A stretch of DNA of 62,358 nucleotides from Vermamoeba vermiformis (taxonomy: Eukaryota). The stretch lies in the NCBI GenBank assembly GCA_045837725.1, contig JBEWZL010000287.1, forward strand, positions 124,001 to 186,358, given 5' to 3'. A program made the translations under genes and the position numbers. Below are positions 49,401-61,785 of this stretch, piece by piece (within the stretch, counting starts at the first letter, position 1; each line of letters opens with the position of its first letter). The notes beneath the pieces are model-generated. The model searched no databases, was not told the origin of the DNA, and was given only the letters and a program-made list of their open reading frames with translations.

Positions 49401-51905
49401 TCAGAACTTTGTCGGTGCCGACAACATCAACTTGCTCGAGCCTGTTGGTCAATTCGGTACTCGTTTGCAAGGTGGCAAGGACTCTGCTAGTGCTCGTTAC
49501 ATTCACACTCATCTGTCCGAGTTGGCTCGCTACCTCTTCCACCCTGATGACGACAAGATCGTCACTTACTTGGAAGATGAAGGTGTCAGCATTGAACCCG
49601 AGTGGTACATCCCCATTATGCCAATGGTCTTGGTCAATGGTAACGAAGGTATCGGTACTGGTTGGAGTACTAAGATTCCTAACCACAACCCTCGCGACAT
49701 TGTCGAGAACATTCGCCGCTTGATCCACAAGCAACCTGTTGAGCCCATGACTCCTTGGTACAGAGGCTTCAAGGGTTCAATCGAGTGGAGCGAAGCCGAC
49801 AAGACCTACATCGTTCGTGGCATCTGGTCTCGTGTTGACGACGACACCTTGGAAGTCACCGAGTTGCCTGTTCGCACTTGGAACTTGACTTACAAAGAGT
49901 TCTTGGAAGTCTGCATGGCTGGTGGCAAAGAAAAGGATAAGGAGAAGGACAAAGAAAAAGACAAGGACAAGGAGAAGGACGATGATGACGGCGAATTCAC
50001 CAAGGGCAAGAAGGGCAAAGCTGCCGCTGAAAAGAAGAAGCCTGCTGCCACTAAGCGCTACCCCGAAGTTAAGGGCTACAAGGATCACGGTACCGACACG
50101 ACTGTTCACTTCGTTATCAACGCTCCTGGTGTTGGCAAGATGAGCGATGATGAAATCGAGAAGTTGTTCAAGCTTCGCTCCAAGTTGGGCAAGTCCAACA
50201 TGCACTTGTTCGATGCCGAAGGTCGTATCAAGAAGTTTGACACACCGGAACAAATCATCGAAGAGTTCTATCCCTTGCGCTTGAAGTACTACGCCAAGAG
50301 AAAGGAGAACCTTGTTGAGAATGTTCAACGTGAATGGAAACGCTTGGAGAACCAAGTCCGCTTCATTTTGATGGTCGTCAAGAAGGAGATTGTCGTTGCT
50401 AACCGCAAGAAGGTTGATTTGCTCGAGGAACTTATCGAGAAGAAGTTCGACCCTATGCCCAAGCAAAAGAAAAAGAAGGTTGCTGGTACCGTTAAGAGAG
50501 GCAACAAGACTACCAATGTTGAGGTTGAAGCCGATGACGATGACGAAGATGAAGACGATGGAATTGAAGACGCCGACACCAACTCCAAGAACTACGACTA
50601 TTTGTTGTCTATGCCCATTTGGAGTTTGACCTTGGAACGTGTCAAGAAGTTGCAAGAGCAATTGAACGAGCGAAAGAAAGAGCTCGATGAGTTGCTCAGC
50701 ACTTCTCCCGAACAATTCTGGGAGGCCGATCTCGATGCCTTCCTTGAAAAGTGGGATGTAAGTAGTCACTACAAGATGCTCTTGATTAGATAGCTAACTC
50801 TTGGACATAGGATTATGAGGTTAAGCGTGTTGCTCGCGAGAGCACCAACCGCAAGGTTAAGAAGCCCATCGCTGGCAAGGCTAAGCCCAAGAAGAGAAAG
50901 ACCTTCGATGACAGCGATGAAAGCGACAGTGAGGACTTTGAAGTCAAGGCTCCCACCCCGAAGAAGGCTGCTCCTAAGCCCGCTGCACCTAAAGCCACGA
51001 CGACTGTCAAGACCGAAGTTAAGACTGAAGCACCCAAAACCACTACAACTACAGCTGCCAAGAAGACCGAGACAGCTGCTGATGACACTAAGAAGCGAAA
51101 GCTTGCCCAGGCTTCGTTGGACTCGTTCGCCTTCAGCACTAAGACTGCCAAGAAGGACGACGATGAAGACTCAAGTAAGTATTGTGGATCGCATGATGTA
51201 AAGCATGTCCTAATCCATCGCTCAGAACCTGCCGCTAAGAAGCAGAAGACAGGCATAACCACGTCTGTTGCTACAAAGAAGGCCGCTGATTCTGACAGTG
51301 ACGACGAGGACAGCAAGGCTGTGCCAATGTCACTGATGGAACGACTTGCCCTGAAGCGAAAGGAAGAAGCTGCCAAGGCTGCTAGTACCACTGCCAAGAA
51401 GCCTGCGGCCAAGAAGGACGACAGCGACGACGAGGATGACGACGACTTGGTCCCAGCCAAGAAGCCAGCACCCGCTCCTGCTAAGAAAGCTGCTCCTGCC
51501 GCCTCCAAGAAGCGTGCTATCGACTCAGATGACGACGACATTGATGAACTCGATGCCGATGATGATGACGTCAAGCCTGTCAAGAAGAGCGCTCCTGCTG
51601 CCAAGGCCAAGGCTGCTCCTGCCAAGAAAGTGAACCTTGTTGATGACGACGAGGACGATGAAGACGAGAAGCCTGCAAAGAAGGCTGCTGCTCGTCCTAC
51701 GCGTGCTGCTCCTAAGAAACGCGTTGTCGATGACGGTAAGTCGGATCTGGTGAAGCCCACACAAGGAGCAGAATACTAATGGTACTATACAACAGATGAT
51801 GAAGATGACGAGATTTCATCCTTGTCTGAAGAGGAAGAGGACTTTGATGGTGGCGATGACGATGAAGATGATGACGTCGATGAGGATGATGAAGACGACG
51901 ACTAG
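46431..51905 (+). CDS. TOP2: DNA topoisomerase II (type IIA, eukaryotic)
   Basis: EHVLARPDMYVGS, KIFDEILVNAADN, GGRNGLGAKL, TEGDSA, PLK|GKLLNVR, MADQDHDGSHIKG, KYYKGLGTS, DGLKPGQRK, YHHGE, ASARYI; long K/D/A-rich C-terminal tail. Confidence 0.97.
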
Positions 51906-52092
51906 ATCTCGATCCGATCCGATCTTTGCGCGACTTAGATCTTTCTTTTTGTTTGTAATTTTCATTTGCTTGTAATGTTGCTTTGGACGCAACATTATTA
52001 GCATTCATTTTATTGTTATAGTAAAGAGCTTTACATACACGAAAACCTTGGTGATTTTTATTTTGCGATCCAGAACAGAAGACAACAACACA

Positions 52093-54546
52093 ATGTGGAA
52101 AAAACCTTGGAAACCTCAAAAACAGAATTTAATTAAGACTTCCGATAAGAGGAGGTTAAAAGAAAAGATTGCAGAGCAATTTCCCAAGATCACGAAAGAA
52201 CAACTCGATCTGATCATCCCACAAAAGGGACAAATTACGACGATTAAAGTCGGAGGCGAATCAAGAACAGTTGTTTATTGCTTGGAGAAGGATCCTATAT
52301 TTTTTGATATTGATGGACGAGAAAAGCAATTTATTCCTACTGGTAATTTGATCTGCGCTCCTCATAATTAATGTTAATTGTTTTATTATTAAGATCTACC
52401 TGTATTTGAATATTTTAGCAATTAATTTGGCGAATAATGCATTATTAAATATTTTGAAAATTCATTTTTTGTTGGATCTGTCACTATGCGACTATAACCA
52501 TATTCATTCGTTGATTATTACTTAAAAACAATATTATTTAGTCTACACTCTTTGGAAGCTCGACGCATTCCTTCCGACATTTGTCACACCTACAGCTGTC
52601 TTCCGCTACATTTCAGGCGGTGCAGATCTGATGCTTCCTGGTGTTATTCCTCCAGACGGCAATCCTGATAATTACCCCGACTTTAAGGAAGGAGATTTAT
52701 TTACTATATCGTTCCCTGGCTATCCGTAAGTTCGCTATAAATGTCAGAAATATCTGTCGGACATAAATTTTTGTTCATGATTAATCACCGTTATTAATTT
52801 AATTTAATTTATTAGTAAGCCCTACGCTATTGGTTTGACTCAGTGCAGCAAAAATTCAATTAAACAAAACGGCATGACTGGTCGTGCATTGAAAGTTTTG
52901 CATTCGTATCCTGACAACTTGTGGAAAATTGGCAGCAAAGAGCATTTGCCACCGCCAGCTGAAAAACCTGAAGAAGAGCTTGACTTAAGTACGTTTCACC
53001 GTGACTTAATCATTTTGTTAATTTTCTTCGTGTAGCGCAAGTTGAGGAAACTCCTGAAGGAGAGCAAAAAGACGGAGAAAATGAAGGAGACGCGGAGAAT
53101 AAAGAAGGAACTGAGGGTGAAAAACCAGTTGAAGAAGGAGGCGAGAATAACAATACAAATGTGACTAGTGAAGGAACAGCTGAGCCATCGAACAATAACA
53201 ATAACAATGTGCCTGCCAAGCCTGAAGTTAATATGGACGAACTTATCGAAAAATCGTTCTTCCAAGCTATCAAACGGCGACTGAAAGACAAGGAATTGCC
53301 TATTTTGGCAAGCACATTTTACTCCAAGTACCTTTTGCCCTCGCGACCTGCAGGCACCGAGATCGACATCAAAAAGAGTTCTTATAAGCAAGTAAGTCAT
53401 ATTATAAGTATACCCGGTACCTAGTAATATTTAATTAATCTTATGATTGTTTTAGTTGCGTGGTCTCCTTGACGCAATGGTTGAAAAAGGCGTCATTAAA
53501 ATTCAATCGCAACAACAAGGCGTGATTATGATAACTGAAGTAATAAGAGACAATGAATGGTATGCTTTAATAGGACGAATAACGGTAGTATAAGGCACTA
53601 ACTGTTATGATAGGATTGCAAAGTTCAGAACTATGGCTATTGAGGCCACCGCTGAAGGCGCGAAAGACGAGCAAAACGACGATGAAGATGAAGACGATGA
53701 GAACTTGGCAATTAAAGAATTCTATCAAATCCCTAAAGACCTGTCGTTTTTAACTGAAGGCAACGAATAGTACGTAAATTTCCTTATTTGGTAATAACTG
53801 TTCTGACCAATGTTGCGATTTCTAGCAAGGAATTTCGGTCACTTACTGATTGCAACAAAGTTCTGTGGGACTATATTGCCGCTAAGAATCTTAATGTAGA
53901 AGGCAACGCGAGATTTGTATCATTGGATACGAACTTATTAACAATGCTCAGCAAGAATCAGAAGCAAGAGATTAACATTGGATCCGCTGACATGCCAAAA
54001 ATGGAAAAGAAGCAACTCGCATTAACGTAAGCTCATTGTTAGTATTAGATTTCATACCAATACTAACAATTCATACAGATTTAAGAACAAGCTCGTTCCC
54101 TATTATGAGATTATTGTGCACGGAATTCGAGAGATGAGGTGAGTTGATCAGATCCGGTACCTTTTCCTCACACTAATGAAATTTGCTTCAGAAAAGGAAC
54201 AGTAAAGAGCGTTGTAGTTACCGAGGATAGACGAGGACGACACGTAGTGGCTCATGTGAGTGGCTTAGAACACTTCGGACTCGATCCAAAAGAGGTTGCC
54301 AAAGCCTGCTCGAAAAAGTTTGCAGTCAGTTCTACGACAGCTAAACTTCCTGGAAAAGGTATAAATATAACATTTTTAGCAATATTTCAAGCTCTAATTA
54401 ATTGTTCAGATAACAATGCGATGGAAGTCCTCGTTCAAGGCAAGGATCTGCAAGATTCCATTGCCGAGTTGCTTGAAACGCAGTATAAGATTCCTTCTAA
54501 GTACATCGATGTAATTGAGAATCGACAAGCATCAAAAAAGAAGTAA
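52093..54546 (+). CDS. EIF2D: Translation initiation factor 2D (ligatin): PUA, SWIB-like, SUI1
   Basis: MWKKPWKP..IKTSDKRRL, PT|VYTLW, GGADLMLPGV, IDIKKSSYK, VSGLEHFGLDP..KKFAVS, EVLVQG. Confidence 0.92.
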
Positions 54547-54603
54547 ACGATATTTATGAACCACTTTGATCTCTCAAATCTGGATCGAAACTTTCTTAAA
54601 GGC

Positions 54604-55298
54604 CTACAAACTCGTTACCTTCAAGGTTTCCTGTCCTTCCACGCCAAGTACTCCTTCGTTTCCCTCTCGTGCTTCACTTACAAGGCTGAGAGCCATCTCA
54701 AGACGTGCTAAAAATGACAGTCAATTCACGACTTCCGGTTAGTAACTAAAATGCAAGAGAAGGGTAAGCTTTTTTGTATGGATACTTAACTATGGGTTTG
54801 AAAATAACGAAATCGAGTTCGTTCTCTTCCCCGTTACAAAATTGCACTGGAATTAAGTAATGTTCGTCTGTCTTTTGTCAATTTCATTCAACAGCCAATC
54901 GCATGTGATTACTCCGTGCGCAGCTTTCTGTCGAACAAGATCGCAAAGTCAGAAAATTAAGAAAAGATCGGATTCGAAAAGCGCCTCATTTATAACCTTA
55001 AGTCAATTTATTGAGCGGCTTAGAAATGGCGATAAGATGGTTTGGATCGATGCTGCTTAGGGGAGAGACTCGGTTGTCGACCCAAGTTGAGGATCAAAGC
55101 CTTCATCCGCTTTTTTTTCTCGTCTTTGACGAGCTTGCGAATTAGCTTCTGCGCCTCGATAGGTTGTTCAATAGGTTCTTTTTCGGATGGGAATAAAGCG
55201 TCTCGGATCGCAGAGTCCTTAGGGGCCAAGTCATCTAGATCGTTGAAGCGAGTGCGGTTTCGCTTGTTCAGTTGAGGATAGTACTCGTTTCTTTTCAT
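54604..55298 (-). CDS. Possible hypothetical protein (structure unresolved)
   Basis: Coding-like ORF MKRNEYYPQLNKRNRTRF...; downstream exon-like segments could not be joined cleanly. Confidence 0.3.
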
Positions 55299-55797
55299 TG
55301 ACGATATAAGTTGATAGTGTGAAAGAGTAGAGGTGTGGTTTAGATGAAAAAAAAGTTGGTAAATAATGCAATTTCGGAGAGCAACTCTTTTACGCGTCAA
55401 ATGATCATTGGACATGGAAATTTACCATCTAGGTCGGGTTTGGGACCAAAAAAGGAAACATGTGAGCCGGATTTAAAGTTTCTGTGTCCTGTGTCTTAAA
55501 TTTTTCAATATCATTGGATACCAAACCCCGAGTATTATTATTTTGCTCATTGATAACCAACGCCAAATCCTTTTTTAATCAGAAAAAATTTGTTAATGGC
55601 CAGATGCAACGCTTTAAAATTTATAAAGTAATTGTTTAAAATTAGGTTAACTATGAAATTAAACATATATATAGTATATAGAACACTTGTTTGCCACAGA
55701 TTAAAACCCTGATACCGCAATTTTTGATCCGGAATAATATACGATTTAGATTTGCAAATCTTTCGTAATGTGGACTGTACGTACGGTTCTACATTCT

Positions 55798-57264
55798 TTA
55801 TTTAACACCTTGGTAATCTTCGTCTTCGGGAATTATTTGGTAATTTACACGGCTTGGCGCATCATTTTCCGCAGCACCTTTTCTTCCCGAACAACAGCAA
55901 CAAGGCCGTCTTCGACAGAAGAAAACTGTTGTTACTAGCCAGCATATAAGTGCGTTGAGATTGACGATCATAATAATGACCATTAAGGCTAATAATACTG
56001 GCGTAAAAAGTTTCAGATCGTCGGCAATTTTCCATACAAAAATAAGGAAAAAGAACCCTATTAATGCTATAAATGCTACGATAGTTTGAATAATATAAGC
56101 AGTAATATCTAATGCTGCTCGTCTTTTCGGCGAATTTTGATAACTGTTTGAGATCCATTGAATAACTTGTTTCATGACCGATCTGGCACCAAGAACTGTT
56201 CCGATAGCGCCAAAAACGGATATCAATATCGTTGATACGCCATTATAAAATATTCCGACTACTATCCATTGGCTTGGGACCACTTGGAACTGAATAATTG
56301 GATTTTCGCATCCGGATGTAGCAACAAATTCTGATTCCACGACTTCATCCACTCGAACTTTCTGAATTCCAATACTATTCACTTTGAATTTAGTAAATAA
56401 TGATATATCAACGCTTGTAGTGGCTGTTAAGGTTATTTTAACTGCTGGCGCGCTGTTGTTTGAAAATGTTGCGGCGTAACTTGAAATTCGTTCGCCAAAT
56501 GTGAGTGAAGGCAAATTGACATCGTTATCGTCCTCTGGCAATATACCAGTACGTATAGCAAAGGGGACATATTGCAAATCAATTGGTTTTGTGCTGCAAA
56601 AAGTTACGATCGGATTTGACAGTTTCCAAAAATCCACCGAAAATTGCTTGAATTGAACTTGGATATTGGCAATGCACTGTTCTGCTATTAAGTTGCATTT
56701 TGAATCGCCATTTACGATGTAAAAGCTGTTGTTTTGGTATAACTGATCGAAAAGTACTAAATCTGCTCTGTGCATGCCTCGTTCAGCCACGCGGAATCTT
56801 GCACTATCTAATGTATAATCTGTCGATAATAAAGTTGTTGATTGTGGCAACTGATATTTTCTTTGGTGCTGAACTGTGGCTGGGATGTCGAGTTCAGATG
56901 TGATCACATAGCCAACGAGTACTGCGATTGCCATCACTATAATTAATACTGCTACTCCTCCTTCTGCACTTTTAGGACGCTGTACAACGAATTTGACGTC
57001 GTTCTGTTTGACTGTATCAACTCCACTATCGCCCGCATCCAATTTTTTCAAATATTTAATTAAATATCTGAATATGCCAGAATTCGAGGGATTAATAAGG
57101 CACGTGTAAGTAATATTTAATAGAAAAAATACAGCGATCACGATCCACGAAAAAGCTGCAGCTGCTTGTTCGCGTTCAGGCGTGCCTTCAAATTGGTCGA
57201 ATGAATGGCTAGTGCATGGATTAATAAAATTAATAGGACTCGCAGGACATGCAGGCGTGGTCAT
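55798..57264 (-). CDS. Intronless multi-pass membrane protein, about 488 aa
   Basis: Single ORF from MTTPACP; about 5 hydrophobic segments, ~210-aa loop with N-glycosylation sequons, CCCC cluster after the last TM. Confidence 0.75.
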   Translation of the reverse strand: MTTPACPASPINFINPCTSHSFDQFEGTPEREQAAAAFSWIVIAVFFLLNITYTCLINPSNSGIFRYLIKYLKKLDAGDSGVDTVKQNDVKFVVQRPKSAEGGVAVLIIVMAIAVLVGYVITSELDIPATVQHQRKYQLPQSTTLLSTDYTLDSARFRVAERGMHRADLVLFDQLYQNNSFYIVNGDSKCNLIAEQCIANIQVQFKQFSVDFWKLSNPIVTFCSTKPIDLQYVPFAIRTGILPEDDNDVNLPSLTFGERISSYAATFSNNSAPAVKITLTATTSVDISLFTKFKVNSIGIQKVRVDEVVESEFVATSGCENPIIQFQVVPSQWIVVGIFYNGVSTILISVFGAIGTVLGARSVMKQVIQWISNSYQNSPKRRAALDITAYIIQTIVAFIALIGFFFLIFVWKIADDLKLFTPVLLALMVIIMIVNLNALICWLVTTVFFCRRRPCCCCSGRKGAAENDAPSRVNYQIIPEDEDYQGVK

Positions 57265-57755
57265 CGTGCGCGAAATAAATAAATAAATCAACAGATATTA
57301 GCCGGTTTTAAAAATTTCAGTAAAATCGAAAACGCTAGTGCCTTTTCAAACGATCATCCGCGAATTATACTAAAGAAGAACGATGCGCAGTAACACTTTA
57401 ATTGGCAACGACAAAGAATTGAAACCGGGACCTTATCATCTTTAAACTTGTAAGTATTTGGAAAGACTCTGGATCTAAACTCGATCAAATAACGAGCACA
57501 TACATAACAGGCTCCATATTCAGCACGTTGCACCAACCCATGTATAATTGTGATGCATTACTACTTGAAGATGCATCAGAAATTAGCGACGCTTCGTGGC
57601 AGACATGAGCATTGTTTGACGATCAACTTTTTGTCTATAATTACTACTACTGCTTGGTAGGACAACAAAGACTTGAATTGAAAAAGTGTAAGCTTTATTA
57701 TTTACATAACGGACAGTGTCTAAGCGAGATCAGTTTCGGATCTGTAGAGACCGCG

Positions 57756-59218
57756 TTAAGCTTGAGGGTTCTTCAATGCTTTGCCAATCTCCGAATCTCC
57801 GAAACAGCCGCTAAGTCCGTTCTCGAAATCACAATGTAATTCCAAAACGCCGTTTTTGTACGAACACAACTTTTGGTTGGGATTCTTCACGTTTTTGATC
57901 TTGATCAGTTTGAGATTTGGAGTCGGATTGCATCTCAATGCCATATTGATACGATGACCAGTCATATTATCGTAAAAATTGAGCTCTTGTTTCGTAGAAA
58001 AAGAATTCCAATCGACTTCGTATTTGGCTTGCAATTTGAATTCTTCTCGAAGTTCTTTTTCTCGTTCAGGAATGGTCTTTTCTTTCAATTCTTTTAACAT
58101 TTGAGCCTCTTCTAATTTCAAATTCTAAGAAAAGCGCATTAGAATAAAATACTTGTAGCATCCGAAACTAAATCCAACTTACATCCATCAAGAATTGTTC
58201 GATCTCGACGTTTTCGAAGTATTTTCGGTCCATCGAATTCACTTCCATCAAACTAAAGCAGCTTTTGACGGTCAAAACGCCGTTCTCGAGCAACATCTGC
58301 TTCTCACCAAACGAATCCACGCCTTTAATGACAATCTTTTTTAAAGTCTGTTCTAAGGCGTCCTTCGCTACCTAGATTCATATCAAGCATTAATACGTGC
58401 TGAAACATATTCTAAATAAGGAAATAACTGATTTTACCTGACTGCGAGCAGATGCACCTCGAACACCACAAACAGCTCGGAAAATACCAGTGTTGTCGAC
58501 GAAGGTCAAAGCAGTCTTATTCATATGCAAGCTATCGATGTCGACTTCGATAGTCATCTTCGTCTTATTGCCGAAAATTTCGTTGAGTTCTTTGGTTCGT
58601 AGTGGAATATTTTCATTTTTAAGCTGATGAAGCAGTTTTTTCTCTGCAATATGCAACAACTATAGTAACATAATTGTTCTAATATTTACATAAATATTTT
58701 AAAGGCGACACACTTACTTCGATCAAATACTTTGAGAGTTCGGAATCGTTAAAGGCAGATGCGACGCAGATATTGACTCTGAGTACTCCATCAAGAAATT
58801 GAAACCATCTCGTATTAGTAAATGCAACGTAATAGATGATAATCTTCTTTACAGCAGCAATCTCACGTTTGGAAATGGGATCAACGCATAAACTTGTAAA
58901 AACGGCATTGATGCGGTTCAGGGCATTGCATTCGACCAGATCTAATGCTTTCTCACTAGTGAAGGTGCTCCAGCAAAGTTCATATTCGATTTCAGTGTCA
59001 GTTTCTGCTCGAAGTGCAGATGTTTTTTCGGGGATCGTTTGCTTCTTGAGCTTCTTCATGGCTATGTTGAATGCAGAAGAACTGTTCGTATTTTTGGGCG
59101 ATTTTAGGAGCTGTTCTACGGTCACTTTGAGCTCGCTAAGCTTTTGCAAAACCTTTCTTAAATCGTCTTCGGATTTGCCAGCAAGATCAGCCGCGTTAAT
59201 TTTAAGAATTGCGTCCAT
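57756..59218 (-). CDS. Uncharacterised triple-repeat protein, copy 1 (4 exons, 426 aa)
   Basis: Exons 59218-58718, 58659-58438, 58371-58183, 58124-57756 join in frame through GT-AG introns; three internal ~120-aa repeats. Confidence 0.8.
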
Positions 59219-60322
59219 TGTTGCTTATGCTGTTGTGTTGTTGATGTTAAAAAAAAGATTTAAAATTTGATTTTTAAGAAACGAAGCACGTGATGGAGAT
59301 CTGACTATAAACTTTCCTTTTTCAGACCTTGACCGCCGAGAGTTTATCGAAAATTCACGTATCGATATCAAACAGCCACAACATATTGAATTCGTCAATT
59401 ACGACAGTCACAATCAAATAAAGGGTGCACAAATCTTTGTACTGAAGCAGTAATAAATCATACGGTTTAAAGGCACGGATCTTCTGTAAAGAAGGCGAAG
59501 TGTATGTAGTAGTTTTACGTTTATTCAAACGGGTATACGAACGAAGACAAGGGTTTCGTTCGTATTTATGTTGTACAATATAATAAAGTTAATAAAATAG
59601 TTAATTAAACGAGTGGAGCGAGATTGAATCTAGGAGTTAGTGTGGATTAGTTATTACTTGGCGCTTACCGTCCGCGGATCGCGTGGATTTAGCCAAATAT
59701 GGAAATGAAGCACCGTCGCTTCACACTTCTTCTCCATCGTTTTTATTCCGATGCGCCAAATGTAATGACGCGTAAAATATAACAATGTACACGTGTGCTT
59801 CTGCAATAACACTTGAAAAAACGGAGACAAACCTACCTTCACATGTAGCCGGTCTTAAAATTTCGTTAAAATCGAAAACGCCAATGCCTTTTCGAAACGA
59901 TCATCCTACCTGCATTATAAAGAAATGAATCTCAGTAACAGTTGGATTGGCAAAGACAAAGAATAGAAGCTGGGACCATTTATAGCTTTGTAACGAACTT
60001 TAAGACGTCTGAAGGGTTACTAGTAATCAAAAAGTTCTATCAAATGGCGTAGTCTATTACTATATTAAGGTACAGCGTAATATGAATAGGAAGAACAAAT
60101 TTGTGTAGCGGCTTGTGATGCAGCACCTTGAAACTGCAACAAAATAGCGACTCTTCGACACTGCCTTGGGCACTTTGATGATCAACTGTCTACCTATCAA
60201 TACTATTTTATACTGCATGTTAAGACAACAGAAACTTGAATTGAAAAAGTAAGCTTTATTATTTACATAACGGACAGTGTCTAAGCGAGATCAGTCTCGG
60301 ATCTGGATCTGTAGAGACCGTT

Positions 60323-61785
60323 CTAAGCTTGAGGGTTCTTCAATGCTTTGCCAATCTCCGAATCTCCGAAACAACCGCTAAGTCCGTTCTCGAAATCACA
60401 ATGTAATTCCAAAACGCCGTTTTTGTACGAGCACAACTTTTGGTTGGGACTTTTGACGTTTTTGATCTTGATCAGTTTGAGATTTGGAGTCGGATTGCAT
60501 CTTAATGCCATATTGATACGATGACCAGTCATATTATCGTAATAATTGAGCTCTTGTTTCGTAGAAAAAGAATTCCAATCGACTTCGTATTTGGCTTGCA
60601 ATTTGAATTCTTCTCGGAGTTCTTTTTCTCGTTCAGGAATGGTCTTTTCTTTCAGCTCTTTTAACATTTGAGCCTCTTCTAATTTCAAATTCTATGAAAA
60701 ACGTATTAGAATAAAATCTTTGTCGCATCCGAAACTAAATCCAACTTACATCCATCAAGAATTGTTCGATCTCGACGTTTTCGAAGTATTTTCGGTCCAT
60801 AGAGTTCACTTCCATCAAACTAAAGCAGCTTTTGACGGTCAAAACGCCGTTCTCGAGCAACATCTGCTTCTCGCCGAACGAATCCACGCCTTTAATGACA
60901 ATCTTTTTTAAAGTCTGTTCTAAGGCGTCTTTTGCGACCTAGATTCATATTAAGCATTAATACGTGCTGAAACGTATTCTAAATAAGGAAATAACTGATT
61001 TTACCTGACTGCGAGCGGATGCACCTCGAACACCACAAACAGCTCTGAAAATACCAGTGTTGTCGACGAAGGTCAAAGCAGTCTTATTCATATGCAAGCT
61101 ATCGATGTCGACTTCGATAGTCATCTTCGTCTTATTGCCGAAAATTTCATTGAGTTCTTTGGTTCGTAGAGGAATACTTTCATTTTTAAGCTGATGAAGC
61201 AGTTTTTTCTCTGCAATATGCAACAGCTATAGTAAAATTATTGTTAGAATATTGGTAAATATATTTTAAAGGCGATAGACTTACTTCGATCAAAAACTTG
61301 GAGATTTCGGAATCGTTAAAGGCAGATGCGAAGCAGATATTGACTCTGAGCACGCCATCAACAAATGATAACGATCTCTTATCAGCTGATGCAACGCAAG
61401 AGACGATAATCTTCTTTACAGCAGCAAGCTCACGTTTGGAAACAGGATCAACGCATAAACCTCTAAAAGCGGCATTGATGCGATGCAGAGCGTTGTATTC
61501 GACCAGGCCCAATTCTTTCTCACTAGGGAAGGTGCTCCAGTTGAGTTCGTATTCGATTTCAGTGCCAGTTTCTGCTCGGAGTTCAGATGTTTTTTCGGGG
61601 ATCGTTTGCAATTGGAGCTTCTTCATGGCTTCTTTGCATGCAGGAGAGCTGTTCGTATTTTTGGGCGATTTTAGGAGCTGTTCTACGGTCACTTTGAGCT
61701 CGCTAAGCTTTTGCAAAGCCTTTCTTAAATCGTCTTCAGATTTGCTGGCAAGATCAGCTGCGTTAATTTTAAGAATTGCGTCCAT
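60323..61785 (-). CDS. Uncharacterised triple-repeat protein, copy 2
   Basis: Same exon layout and near-identical sequence to 57756-59218. Confidence 0.8.

Noticed and set aside
48568-51760. Long antisense ORFs (231, 330 and 315 aa) over TOP2
   Set aside because: Shadows of strongly biased codon usage and low-complexity sequence on the coding strand
54710-54786. GTATCC on the minus strand as a possible second U12 donor
   Set aside because: Continues GTATCCAT rather than GTATCCTT, has no convincing branch site, and the gene model is unresolved
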